DNA from: Mycobacterium sp.
GTDB taxonomy: Bacteria; Actinomycetota; Actinomycetes; Mycobacteriales; Mycobacteriaceae
Assembly (NCBI RefSeq): GCF_029961025.1
Contig: NZ_JASBVP010000015.1
Span: 38,519 to 102,518 of the forward strand
Direction: 5' to 3'
Length of the DNA: 64,000 nt
The notes beneath the pieces are model-generated. The model searched no databases and was not told the DNA's origin. It saw only the letters and a program-made list of their open reading frames with translations. Below, in pieces: positions 1-9,179 of the stretch (the first letter of the stretch is position 1; the number at the start of each line of letters is the position of its first letter). The position numbers and the translations under genes are program-made.

Positions 1-1
1 G

Positions 2-370
2 GTCTTTCACTTCAACCCGGGCTATGAACCCGAGCACGACTACTACCTCGACATCGGCGAATACACCCCCGGACCGGCGGTGTGGCGCTCCGAAGATTAC
101 TACCTCGACCTCGAGGTCCGTACCGGCGCCGCGGTGGAGCTGACGGATGTCGCCGAGCTGCTGGAGGCCGTTCGTCACGGCTTGCTGGCCCCCGAGGTCG
201 CCGAACGGGCGGTACGGCGCGCCGTCGGCGCGGTCGACGGGCTGTCCCGCCACGGCTATGACCTGCAGTGCTGGTTGGCCACATTGGGTATGGACATCAG
301 CTGGCGCGGTGGTTCTCGCGCCCGCCGGCGGGCACCGGGCGGCCGTTCGACAACCGCGGATCCCGGTTAG
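2..370 (+). CDS. DUF402-family protein (Rv1632c-like), 5'-truncated by the window edge
   Basis: Frame is open from nt 2 (VFHFNPGYEPEHDYYLDIGEYTPGPAVWRSEDYYLDLEV). Repeated YYLD motifs are typical of DUF402. Position and orientation relative to coaE match Rv1632c. Confidence 0.75.
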   Translation, partial: VFHFNPGYEPEHDYYLDIGEYTPGPAVWRSEDYYLDLEVRTGAAVELTDVAELLEAVRHGLLAPEVAERAVRRAVGAVDGLSRHGYDLQCWLATLGMDISWRGGSRARRRAPGGRSTTADPG

Positions 371-403
371 CGGTCGTTGCCGGCAGAGGATCGGTTGAAG
401 CTG

Positions 404-1303
404 ATGCCCCGCATCACCGTCGAGATCACCCACCGGGACCGGGTGCTGTTTCCCGCCGACGGAATCACCAAGGGCGACCTCGCCGACTACTACGCCGGGG
501 TCGCCGATGTGATGCTGCCGCACCTGAAGGGCAGGCCGCTTACCGCCCAGCGGTTTCCCCGTGGAATCGGCGAACAGGGCTTCCTGCAGCAGGATTTCGC
601 GGAAACGTTGCCAGACTGGCTGAGCCGCGCCGAGGTCACCAAAGCGGACGGCACCGTGGTGCATCCGGTGGCCGACCGCCGCGAAGCGCTGCTGTGGCTG
701 GCCAACCAGGACTGCATCACGCTGCACGCATGGCTGTCCCGCCAGGACCTCCCCGACAAGCCGGACCGGCTGGTCTTCGACCTGGACCCGTCCGTGCGCG
801 AGTTTTCGGCGGTGCGGGCCACCGCCCGCGCGCTCGCCGACCTGCTCACCGAGCTCGGCCTGGTGTGTTACCTGCAGACCACCGGCTCACGCGGGTTGCA
901 CGTCGTGGTCCCCCTGGTGCGCGGGACCGACTTCGATACCGCCCGGCAATTCGCTCGCGACGTCGCCGAGCTGGTCGCGGCCGAGGATCCCGCGCACCGC
1001 ACCACCGAGATCCGGAAAAGCCAACGGGGCGAGCGGGTGTACATCGACGTCATGCGCAACGCCTACGCGCAGACCGCGGTCGCGCCGTACGCGGTGCGGG
1101 CCCGCCGCGGCGCGCCGGTAGCCACCCCGCTGGAATGGGACGAGCTGGAGCAACGGGATCTGCGAGCCGACCGGTTCACTATTCGGGATCTGCCCAAACG
1201 ACTCGCCGCCCAACGCGATCCGTGGGCCGACATGAGCAGCCACGCCCGCTCGCTGGCCGGCCCCTGCCGGCGGTTGAGCAGCTGGCGGGCCGCGGGTATA
1301 TGA
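404..1303 (+). CDS. Stand-alone LigD-type polymerase domain (AEP primase-polymerase superfamily)
   Basis: THRDRVLFP..TKGDL..YY N-terminus, catalytic FDLDP, TTGSRGLH, YIDVMRN, APYAVR, PVATPLEWDE. No ligase or phosphoesterase domain. ATG at 404. Confidence 0.88.
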   Translation: MPRITVEITHRDRVLFPADGITKGDLADYYAGVADVMLPHLKGRPLTAQRFPRGIGEQGFLQQDFAETLPDWLSRAEVTKADGTVVHPVADRREALLWLANQDCITLHAWLSRQDLPDKPDRLVFDLDPSVREFSAVRATARALADLLTELGLVCYLQTTGSRGLHVVVPLVRGTDFDTARQFARDVAELVAAEDPAHRTTEIRKSQRGERVYIDVMRNAYAQTAVAPYAVRARRGAPVATPLEWDELEQRDLRADRFTIRDLPKRLAAQRDPWADMSSHARSLAGPCRRLSSWRAAGI

Positions 1304-1392
1304 CCCCGGCCCGAGGCGTTCGGTGGACCGCGGCGGATGCCTACGGCAACACCGCGGTTGCGGCTCGGACGTTTCGCGTAATGTCTGCGGTT

Positions 1393-1812
1393 ATGACCTC
1401 CAGCAAGCGCAAATCGGTGACGGTCGCCGCGGTGACGGCCGGCGCAATGTGCGCCGCGGCAATCCCGGTGACGGCGCACGCCCAGAACGAGTTGCACAAC
1501 ATCACCTACATCGCCCGGGTCGACGGAGTGGCCCCCGGAAGTCAGGCAACCTTCAGGATCAGTGACACCCAGGTCAACACCGCCACCTTGAGCTCGGTGC
1601 CCGGAAACCCGTTCGAGGCCAACACGGTGCTGGCCGATCCGGCGAAAGCGGGCATGCAGGTGGCGATCCACTGGCCGTATTCGGCCAACGTGCACTGCGA
1701 GATCGACGTGGACGACACCGTCGCCACGCAGGTCGACCAGTTCGTCAGACCGATACTGGGCAGCACCGACCCGATGAACGGCGTGCTGGGGTGCGGTGCG
1801 CCGCTCACCTGA
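1393..1812 (+). CDS. Small secreted hypothetical protein (Sec signal; possibly MmpS-like beta fold)
   Basis: Basic N-terminus, hydrophobic stretch and AHA-Q cleavage site. Two C-terminal Cys. TAATGT -10-like hexamer 8 nt before ATG 1393; alternative ATG at 1381. Confidence 0.7.
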   Translation: MTSSKRKSVTVAAVTAGAMCAAAIPVTAHAQNELHNITYIARVDGVAPGSQATFRISDTQVNTATLSSVPGNPFEANTVLADPAKAGMQVAIHWPYSANVHCEIDVDDTVATQVDQFVRPILGSTDPMNGVLGCGAPLT

Positions 1813-1850
1813 GCGCGCATCCCGCCCGCCAGGGCAGTGCCGGTGCGGGG

Positions 1851-3065
1851 TTAGGGTCGCCAGCCGCTCGCGTCGGCCCACTCCCACGCCCGGTGGTAGG
1901 CGGCGCCAAACCACCGCTCTTTGGCGGCGGTGTAGCGAGCGGGATCGCCGCCGGATGCCACCGCGGCCCGCCGTTTGACGGTCAGAAACTCCCCGCGCAC
2001 ATCGGGATTGGCTCGCAACCAGTCGGTGAACAACAACCCGAGCTGTTGATTGGGCCAACCGGCGACCCGGATATGAACGCAGGTCGGCCTGCCGGGATCG
2101 GCAGAACCGTGGATCCGCTTGTGCCATAACGTTGGATCGTCACTGTGGTCATAACGGTCGACGGTGCTGCGGGCATCTGCGGTGGCGACATCGGCGGTGA
2201 TGTCGGGGATGCGGGGGTAGCCGGCGGGCAGCAGCAGCGGGGCGATGTCGTCGGCAACGGTCAGTGATTCGACGGTGACCTGGATATCGATCGCATTTCT
2301 GGCGTCCAGCCCGGGCAGCGCGGTCGATCCGATATGGTCCACCCGCAATGCTTTCGCCCCGCACGCCGTCGCTATGCGAGCGACGATGCGCCGCCCCTGC
2401 TGCGGCCAGACCGGATCGGCGGGTGTCAGCGCCACCGGCGGACGCACCGCCCGGTGTGCGCTCAGGTTGCGGGCGAACGGCAGGATCCGGTGATGCCACA
2501 CCGCGCGGGCCGCCTCGGTCAGTGCGGGCAGGCTACCCGAGTTATCCAGCCAGACATCGGCCACCGCCCGGCGCTGGTCGTCATCGGCCTGCGCGGAGAT
2601 CCTGGCACGGGCGTCGGTTTCGGTCATGCCGCGTTGTTCGACCAGCCGCTGCACTCGCAGTTCGGCATCGGCATAGACCACAACCACCAACGCAAACAGC
2701 GGAGCCATACCGGATTCCACCAGCAGCGGAATGTCCTCCACGACAACCGCATCTTCGGGCACGGCCGCGATGATCTCCGCGCGGCGCCGGGCCACCAGCG
2801 GATGAACGATCCCATTGAGCGCAGCCCGGGTGGTGTCATCACGGAAAGCCCTGGCCGCCAACGCCGCCCGATCCAGAGTCCCGTCGGGACGCAGGATATC
2901 GGTGCCGAACGTGGTGACCAGCGCCGCCAATCCTTCGGTGCCGGGCTCGACCACCTCACGGGCGATGACGTCGGCGTCGACAACGACCCCGCCGCATTCC
3001 GCGAACGTAGCCGCCACCACCGACTTACCGGCACCGATACCGCCGGTCAGCCCGATTCGCAGCAT
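1851..3065 (-). CDS. coaE: Dephospho-CoA kinase with C-terminal GrpB/UPF0157 domain
   Basis: MLRIGLTGGIGAGKS P-loop, EDIPLLVE, ARISAQ; C-terminal HIGSTA..IDIQ GrpB motif; lies downstream of rpsA. Confidence 0.96.
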   Translation of the reverse strand: MLRIGLTGGIGAGKSVVAATFAECGGVVVDADVIAREVVEPGTEGLAALVTTFGTDILRPDGTLDRAALAARAFRDDTTRAALNGIVHPLVARRRAEIIAAVPEDAVVVEDIPLLVESGMAPLFALVVVVYADAELRVQRLVEQRGMTETDARARISAQADDDQRRAVADVWLDNSGSLPALTEAARAVWHHRILPFARNLSAHRAVRPPVALTPADPVWPQQGRRIVARIATACGAKALRVDHIGSTALPGLDARNAIDIQVTVESLTVADDIAPLLLPAGYPRIPDITADVATADARSTVDRYDHSDDPTLWHKRIHGSADPGRPTCVHIRVAGWPNQQLGLLFTDWLRANPDVRGEFLTVKRRAAVASGGDPARYTAAKERWFGAAYHRAWEWADASGWRP

Positions 3066-3089
3066 CTGGACGAAACCGGGCGCCCGCCG

Positions 3090-4538
3090 CTATGCGCTGC
3101 CGGCGAGCTTCTCCCGCAACGCGGCCAGTTGGGCTTCGCTGGCGAGCTTCCCGGCGTTGGCATCCTCGGACGGGGAACTGTTGGCCGGGGGCTGGCCGGC
3201 ATCGGCGCGGGCGGCCGCATCCGCGGCGGCGGCGAATTTCTCCATTTGCGCGGTGTGCATCTTGTGCCGGCGCTCGGCCTCGGCGTAGCGCGCCTCCCAC
3301 TCGGCACGCTGCTTTTCAAAGCCCTCAAGCCATTCGTTGGTCTCCGGATCGAATCCTTCGGGGAAGATGTAGTTGCCCTGCTCGTCGTAGCTGTCGGCCA
3401 TGCCGTATTTGGCCGGGTCGAACTCCTCGGTGTAGTCCTCGTTAGCCTGCTTGAGCGACAACGAGATCCGCCGACGGTCCAGATCGATGTCGATGACCTT
3501 GACCATCACCTCGTCGCCGACGCTGACCACCTGGTCGGCGACCTCGATGTGCCGCTCCGACAGTTCGGAGATGTGCACCAGGCCCTCGATACCCTCCTCG
3601 ACGCGGACGAACGCCCCGAAGGGCACCAGTTTGGTGACCTTGCCGGGAACGATCTGGCCGATCGCGTGCGTGCGGGCGAAGTGCCGCCACGGATCTTCCT
3701 GAGTCGCTTTCAGCGACAACGACACCCGTTCCCTATCCATATCGACGTCGAGCACCTCGACGGTAACCTCGTCGCCCACCTGCACCACCTCGGAGGGATG
3801 GTCGATGTGCTTCCAGGACAACTCAGAGACGTGCACCAAACCGTCGACACCCCCGAGGTCGACGAACGCGCCGAAGTTGACGATCGATGACACCACACCC
3901 TTTCGGATGGCGCCCTTCTGCAGCTGGTGGAGGAACTCGGTGCGCACCTCGGACTGGGTCTGCTCCAGCCAGGCCCGCCGGGAGAGCACGACGTTGTTGC
4001 GGTTCTTGTCCAGCTCGATGATCTTGGCCTCGAGTTCCCTGCCGATGTAGGGCTGCAGATCGCGGACCCGCCGCATCTCGACCAGCGAGGCCGGCAGGAA
4101 GCCACGCAACCCGATGTCGAGGATCAGGCCGCCCTTGACCACCTCGATCACGGTGCCCTTGACCGCCTGGTCCTTCTCCTTGAGCGCCTCGATGGTGCCC
4201 CACGCCCGCTCGTATTGGGCGCGCTTCTTGGACAGGATCAGCCGACCGTCCTTGTCCTCCTTGGTCAGCACCAACGCCTCGATCCGGTCGCCGACGGACA
4301 CCACCTCATGCGGGTCGACGTCGTGTTTGATGGACAGCTCGCGCGCGGGGATGACCCCTTCGGTTTTGTAGCCGATGTCCAAAAGGACCTCGTCACGGTC
4401 GACCTTGACCACGGTCCCTTCCACGATGTCGCCATCGTTGAAGTATTTGATCGTCTTGTCGATGGCGGCGAGAAAATCCTCGCTCGAGCCGATGTCGTTG
4501 ACGGCGACCTGGGGCGAGGTGACGGAGGGACTTGGCAT
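3090..4538 (-). CDS. rpsA: 30S ribosomal protein S1
   Basis: Four S1 repeats and the mycobacterial N-terminus MPSPSVTSPQVAVNDIG. Confidence 0.99.
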   Translation of the reverse strand: MPSPSVTSPQVAVNDIGSSEDFLAAIDKTIKYFNDGDIVEGTVVKVDRDEVLLDIGYKTEGVIPARELSIKHDVDPHEVVSVGDRIEALVLTKEDKDGRLILSKKRAQYERAWGTIEALKEKDQAVKGTVIEVVKGGLILDIGLRGFLPASLVEMRRVRDLQPYIGRELEAKIIELDKNRNNVVLSRRAWLEQTQSEVRTEFLHQLQKGAIRKGVVSSIVNFGAFVDLGGVDGLVHVSELSWKHIDHPSEVVQVGDEVTVEVLDVDMDRERVSLSLKATQEDPWRHFARTHAIGQIVPGKVTKLVPFGAFVRVEEGIEGLVHISELSERHIEVADQVVSVGDEVMVKVIDIDLDRRRISLSLKQANEDYTEEFDPAKYGMADSYDEQGNYIFPEGFDPETNEWLEGFEKQRAEWEARYAEAERRHKMHTAQMEKFAAAADAAARADAGQPPANSSPSEDANAGKLASEAQLAALREKLAGSA

Positions 4539-4751
4539 ATTGTTGGGGTGCTCCGGACGGACGTGGTCGTAGGGACAGATTTGAGTTACTCGTCGAGGCT
4601 ACTCGACTCGGCGCGGCCAGGCCAAACCCGGCCCGTGCGCCGCGGGTAACGCTACGGCTACGGGTGGGCCGCAGTTCGCCCGGGCGGCCGACCCGGCCAG
4701 GCGACCCCGAGAGGTGTCCAGCGACACCAGGGCCGGCCGGCGGCCGCCGGC

Positions 4752-7499
4752 TCAGTGGGCGGCGGCGTCCCAGCTGCGGCCGTAGCCCACCGACACCTCC
4801 AGCGGCACGTCCAACGGGTAAGCGCTGCCCATCTTCTCGCGCACCAGCGCCTCGAGTCGCTCCCGCTCGCCGGGAGCGACTTCCAACAGCAGCTCGTCGT
4901 GGATCTGCAGCAGCATGCGCGAGGCCAAGCCCGCCGCTTTCAGTGCCCGGTCGACCCCGATCATGGCCACCTTGATGATGTCGGCCGCACTGCCCTGAAT
5001 CGGCGCGTTGAGCGCCGCGCGCTCGGCGGCTTCACGCACCTGACGGTTGCTGCTGTCCAGCTCGGGCAGGTAGCGCCGGCGCCCCAAGATGGTCGAGGTG
5101 TAACCGTCCTTGCGGGCCTGCTCCACCACGGCGCGCAGATAGTCCCGCACCCCGCCGAACCGGGCGAAGTACGTCTCCATCTGCGCTTTCGCCTCTTCGG
5201 TGGAGATCTTCAGCTGGGCGGCAAGCCCAAAAGCGCTCAGCCCGTAGGCCAGCCCGTAGGACATCGCCTTGACGCGGCGCCGCAATTCGGGTGTCACCTC
5301 CTCGATCGGCACCCCGAAGGCCCGCGACGCGACGAAGGAGTGCAGATCCTCCCCGGTGCGGAAGGCCTCGATGAGGCCCGCGTCACCGGAGAGATGCGCC
5401 ATGATGCGCATCTCGATCTGGCTGTAGTCGGCGCTCATCAGCTCGGCGTAGCCGTCACCGACGACGAAGGCGTCGCGGATTTGGCGGCCGGCGTCGGTGC
5501 GGATCGGGATGTTCTGCAGGTTCGGGTCGGTCGAGGACAGCCGGCCCGTCGCCGTGATCGTCTGGTTGAACGTGGTGTGGATGCGCCCGTCGGCGGCCAC
5601 CGAATTCAGCAGCCCGTCGACCGTGACTTTGAGCCTGGTGGCGTCCCGGTGGGCGAGCAGGTGCTCGAGGAAGGGGTGCCCGGTCTTGTCGAACAGCGAC
5701 TGCAGGGCGTCGGCGTCGGTGGTGTAGCCGGTCTTGGTCCGTTTGGTTTTCGGCATATCCAGTTCGTCGAACAGCACGACCTGCAGCTGTTTGGGTGAGC
5801 CGAGGTTGATCTGCTTGCCGATCACGGCGTACGCCGCTTCGGCGGCGTCGCGGATCTGGTGGGCGAACTGGCTTTGCAGCCTGCTGAGCAGGTCGGTGTC
5901 GACCGCGATGCCCGCGGCCTCCATGCCTGCCAGCACCCGTTGCACGGGCAGCTCCATCTCCATCAGCAACGCGGTGGAGTCGATGCGGGCCAGCTCGGCG
6001 TCCAGCGCGTCGGCCAGGTCTGCCACCGCCCGGGCGCGCAGGATCGTGGTCCGCGCCGCTTGGCCGTCCGGCTTGTCGGTGTCATCGAGAAGCGAAAGCT
6101 GCTGTGGCTCAGAACCGTCCTCGCGCAGCTCGCGGTGCAGGTAGCGCAGCGAAAGGTCGTCGAGCGTGAAGCTGCGCTGTCCCGGGCGGACCAGGTAGGC
6201 GGCCAGCGCGGTGTCGGAGGTGATGCCGTTCAGCGTCCAGCCCCGCCCGGCGAGGTCGTGGATGGCCGGCTTGGCCTCATGCAGCGCTTTGGGTTTTTCG
6301 GGGTCGGCCAACCAGTCCCCCAGCGCCGCGTCGTCGTCGGGGGTCAGCGTGGTGGTGTCGATATAACCGCCGTCCCCGTCGGCGGCCGCGATCGCGAGCG
6401 CGGTGGCGTCCGCGCCGTAAGGAACGTGCGTGCCGACCACCGCCAACCCGGATCGGCGCCCATCGCCGGCGTGCCCGGCCAACCATCGCCGGACGGTGCC
6501 GGGCGCCAGCGCCGCACCGCGCACCTCGAACCCCTCCTCGACCTCCGGCTCGACGGCGGCCAGCGTCTCGAAAAGCCGGTCGCGCAACACCCGGAATTCC
6601 AGCTGGTCGAACAGCCGGTGGATGGCGTCACGGTCCCAGGGGCGCAGCCGCAGCGTGTCCGGTGTCTGCGCCAGCGGCACGTCACGGATCAGGCGGGTGA
6701 GCTCGCGGTTGCGTACCACGCCGGCCAGGTGCGCCCGCAGGGCGTCCCCCGCCTTGCCGCGCACCGAATCGACGTTGTCGACCAGCGCCTGCAGCGAACC
6801 GTATTCGGCGATCCATTTCGCGGCGGTCTTCTCGCCCACCCCGGGGATGCCGGGCAGGTTGTCGCTGGGGTCGCCGCGAAGCGCGGCAAAGTCCGGGTAC
6901 TGCTCGGGGGTAAGCCCGTATTTCTCGACGACGGCGTCGGGGGTGAAGCGGGTCAGGTCGCTGACGCCCTTGCGCGGGTAAAGCACCGTCACGTTGTCGC
7001 TCACCAGTTGCAGCGCGTCGCGGTCACCGGTGACCACCAGCACCCGAAACCCCTCGTCTTCGGCCTGGGTGGCCAGTGTCGCGATGATGTCGTCGGCTTC
7101 GAAACCCGGCTCGGCCAGCACGGTGATGCCCAACGCGGTAAGCACCTCCTTGGTGATGTCGATCTGGCCGTGAAACTCATCGGGGGTGGCCGACCGGTTG
7201 GCCTTGTACTGCGGGTAGCGATCGGAGCGAAAGGTCTGCCGCGACACGTCGAACGCCGCGGCCACGTGGGTCGGGTATTCGTCGCGCAGCAGGTTGATCA
7301 GCATCGCGGTGAACCCGTAGACGGCGTTGGTGGTCAGCCCGCCTGCGGTTTTGAAGTTCTCCGCGGGCAGCGCGTAGAAGGCGCGGTAGGCCAGCGAATT
7401 ACCGTCCAGCAACAGCAGGGTGGGTTTGTCCTCGCCGGCGGTTGCGGCACCCGGGGTCCGCGCCAACCGGCCGGCCGGGGGGGCATTGGCTGGGCTCAC
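4752..7499 (-). CDS. polA: DNA polymerase I
   Basis: 5'-3' exonuclease (LLDGNSLAYRAFYAL, FEADD, GDPSDN); family A polymerase motifs (DYSQIEMR, RRRVKAMSYG, LQIHDELL). Confidence 0.99.
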   Translation of the reverse strand: MSPANAPPAGRLARTPGAATAGEDKPTLLLLDGNSLAYRAFYALPAENFKTAGGLTTNAVYGFTAMLINLLRDEYPTHVAAAFDVSRQTFRSDRYPQYKANRSATPDEFHGQIDITKEVLTALGITVLAEPGFEADDIIATLATQAEDEGFRVLVVTGDRDALQLVSDNVTVLYPRKGVSDLTRFTPDAVVEKYGLTPEQYPDFAALRGDPSDNLPGIPGVGEKTAAKWIAEYGSLQALVDNVDSVRGKAGDALRAHLAGVVRNRELTRLIRDVPLAQTPDTLRLRPWDRDAIHRLFDQLEFRVLRDRLFETLAAVEPEVEEGFEVRGAALAPGTVRRWLAGHAGDGRRSGLAVVGTHVPYGADATALAIAAADGDGGYIDTTTLTPDDDAALGDWLADPEKPKALHEAKPAIHDLAGRGWTLNGITSDTALAAYLVRPGQRSFTLDDLSLRYLHRELREDGSEPQQLSLLDDTDKPDGQAARTTILRARAVADLADALDAELARIDSTALLMEMELPVQRVLAGMEAAGIAVDTDLLSRLQSQFAHQIRDAAEAAYAVIGKQINLGSPKQLQVVLFDELDMPKTKRTKTGYTTDADALQSLFDKTGHPFLEHLLAHRDATRLKVTVDGLLNSVAADGRIHTTFNQTITATGRLSSTDPNLQNIPIRTDAGRQIRDAFVVGDGYAELMSADYSQIEMRIMAHLSGDAGLIEAFRTGEDLHSFVASRAFGVPIEEVTPELRRRVKAMSYGLAYGLSAFGLAAQLKISTEEAKAQMETYFARFGGVRDYLRAVVEQARKDGYTSTILGRRRYLPELDSSNRQVREAAERAALNAPIQGSAADIIKVAMIGVDRALKAAGLASRMLLQIHDELLLEVAPGERERLEALVREKMGSAYPLDVPLEVSVGYGRSWDAAAH

Positions 7500-7582
7500 G
7501 GCCCTACTCTATGCACAGCGGGCCGGCGTCGGACGCGGCGTCGGCCGGTGATCACGGCGGGCCCGATGAGGTGGTGGCGGTT

Positions 7583-7819
7583 ATGGGACACACGAGAACC
7601 CTCGTGGTCACGGTCAAACCCGGGAGCCGTAAAGGACCGCTGGTGGAAATCGGCGCCGACGGCGCGCTGACGATCTACGTGCGCGAACCGGCCGCTGACG
7701 GCAGGGCCAACGCGGCCGTTATCCGGGTGCTGGCCGAACACCTGCGGGTGCCGCGCGCCCGGGTGGAACTGGTCTCCGGGATGACATCGCGCGTCAAGCG
7801 ATTCCGCATCGCGGGTTAG
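7583..7819 (+). CDS. DUF167/YggU-family protein
   Basis: VTVKPGSRK..IYVREPAADGRANAAVIRVLA..SGMTSRVK pattern; ATG at 7583. Confidence 0.88.
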   Translation: MGHTRTLVVTVKPGSRKGPLVEIGADGALTIYVREPAADGRANAAVIRVLAEHLRVPRARVELVSGMTSRVKRFRIAG

Positions 7820-8442
7820 CGTTCGCCCGGCGGCGCGTCCTGGGGGGTGCCGAGCGTGTCCAGCACCACTTCAGCCACCCGTTTCATGGTGGTGCGCCGG
7901 TCCATGGCCGCGCGCTGAATCCACTTGAACGCCTCCGGCTCGGTCATGCCCTGCTTGGTCTGCAGCAGGCCTTTGGCCCGTTCGACCAGCTTGCGGGTTT
8001 CCAGCCGCTCGGCGAGCGTCGCCACCTCGCGTTCCAGCGCGGTGATCTCGGCAAACCGGCTGACCGCCAGCTCGATGGCAGGAACCAGGTCGCTGATGGT
8101 GAACGGCTTTACCAGATAGGCCATCGCCCCCGCATCGCGGGCCCGCTCCACCAGATCGCGCTGGCTGAACGCGGTCAGCACGACGATCGGCGCGATGCGC
8201 TTGCGGGCGATCTCCGAAGCGGCATCGATCCCGTCCCGACGGGGCATCTTGACGTCCATGATCACCAGGTCGGGTTTGAGCCGGCCGGCCAAATCCACGG
8301 CCTCCTGCCCGTCGGCGGCTTCCCCGACGACGTCATAGCCCTCTTCCCGCAGCATCTCGGCCAGGTCCAGCCGGATGAGCGCCTCATCCTCGGCGATCAG
8401 CACCCGTCGGGAGGGGGCGGCGTCGGTCGGCGGGGCGGTCAT
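7816..8442 (-). CDS. pdtaR: ANTAR-domain response regulator PdtaR (Rv1626)
   Basis: Receiver domain (VLIAEDE, IMDVKMP) plus ANTAR domain (VERAKGLL..EAFKWIQRAAMDRR). Confidence 0.95.
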   Translation of the reverse strand: MTAPPTDAAPSRRVLIAEDEALIRLDLAEMLREEGYDVVGEAADGQEAVDLAGRLKPDLVIMDVKMPRRDGIDAASEIARKRIAPIVVLTAFSQRDLVERARDAGAMAYLVKPFTISDLVPAIELAVSRFAEITALEREVATLAERLETRKLVERAKGLLQTKQGMTEPEAFKWIQRAAMDRRTTMKRVAEVVLDTLGTPQDAPPGER

Positions 8443-8543
8443 GAGCACATTGTGGCAGTGGGCGGCAGCTCACGGCGACCCCGGGCCGCTGGGCGACCGG
8501 CGATCGCCAGCATCCTTTATGGTGGGAGGCCGGAGCCGATTGG

Positions 8544-8617
8544 GCCCTCGTATCCCAACTGGCAGAGGAACGGGACTCAAAACCCCGACAGTGTGGGTTC
8601 GAATCCCACCGAGGGCA
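8544..8617 (+). tRNA. leuV: tRNA-Leu(CAA), short variable loop, CCA not encoded
   Basis: Acceptor stem GCCCTCG/CGAGGGC, anticodon loop CT-CAA-AA, T-arm GTGGG-TTCGAAT-CCCAC, discriminator A. Syntenic between pdtaR and cya. Confidence 0.93.
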
Positions 8618-8630
8618 CGACGGTCAACCA

Positions 8631-9140
8631 ATGCTTTTCACCATCGGCCACGGCGCGAAGACCGCCGCTGAACTCACCGCCCTGCTTCGCGAGCACGGCA
8701 TCGACCTGGTGGTCGACGTGCGAAGCTTCCCGGGGTCACGGCGCAACCCCGACGTGTCCAAGCAGGCAATGCCGCACTGGCTGGGTGCGGCGGGGATCGG
8801 CTACCGCCACGAACCCGGGCTCGGTGGCCGCCGTCCACCGCCGGCCACCCCGGCACCGGGTGACCGGTGGTGGCGCAACCCGGCGTTCGCCAACTACGCC
8901 GCCCACACCCGCACCCCGGCTTTTCAGGATGCCTACCGGCGGCTGCTGCAGGACGCCGGCAGCTTTCGGGTGGCCATCATGTGCGGGGAGCCGTTGTGGT
9001 GGCGCTGCCACCGCCGGATGATCGCGGACCTGGCCGTCCGCGACGGCCACCCGGTGGCGCACATCATGCCCAACGGCACGCTGGTGCCGCACCGCCCGTC
9101 GCAGTGGCTGACCGACGGGCCGCCGGATCCCCCGACATGA
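8631..9140 (+). CDS. DUF488-family protein
   Basis: LFTIGHG..VVDVRSFPGSRRNP..LGGRR..MCGEPLWWRCHRRMIAD. Confidence 0.88.
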   Translation: MLFTIGHGAKTAAELTALLREHGIDLVVDVRSFPGSRRNPDVSKQAMPHWLGAAGIGYRHEPGLGGRRPPPATPAPGDRWWRNPAFANYAAHTRTPAFQDAYRRLLQDAGSFRVAIMCGEPLWWRCHRRMIADLAVRDGHPVAHIMPNGTLVPHRPSQWLTDGPPDPPT

Positions 9141-9179
9141 CGCGCCGACACCGTCGGGTCCACCGGTTAGGCTTTTGCC

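Noticed and set aside
268-1812. 514-aa ORF spanning the polymerase and the secreted protein
   Set aside because: Only the last about 140 aa look like a protein; the rest overlaps the polymerase in another frame.
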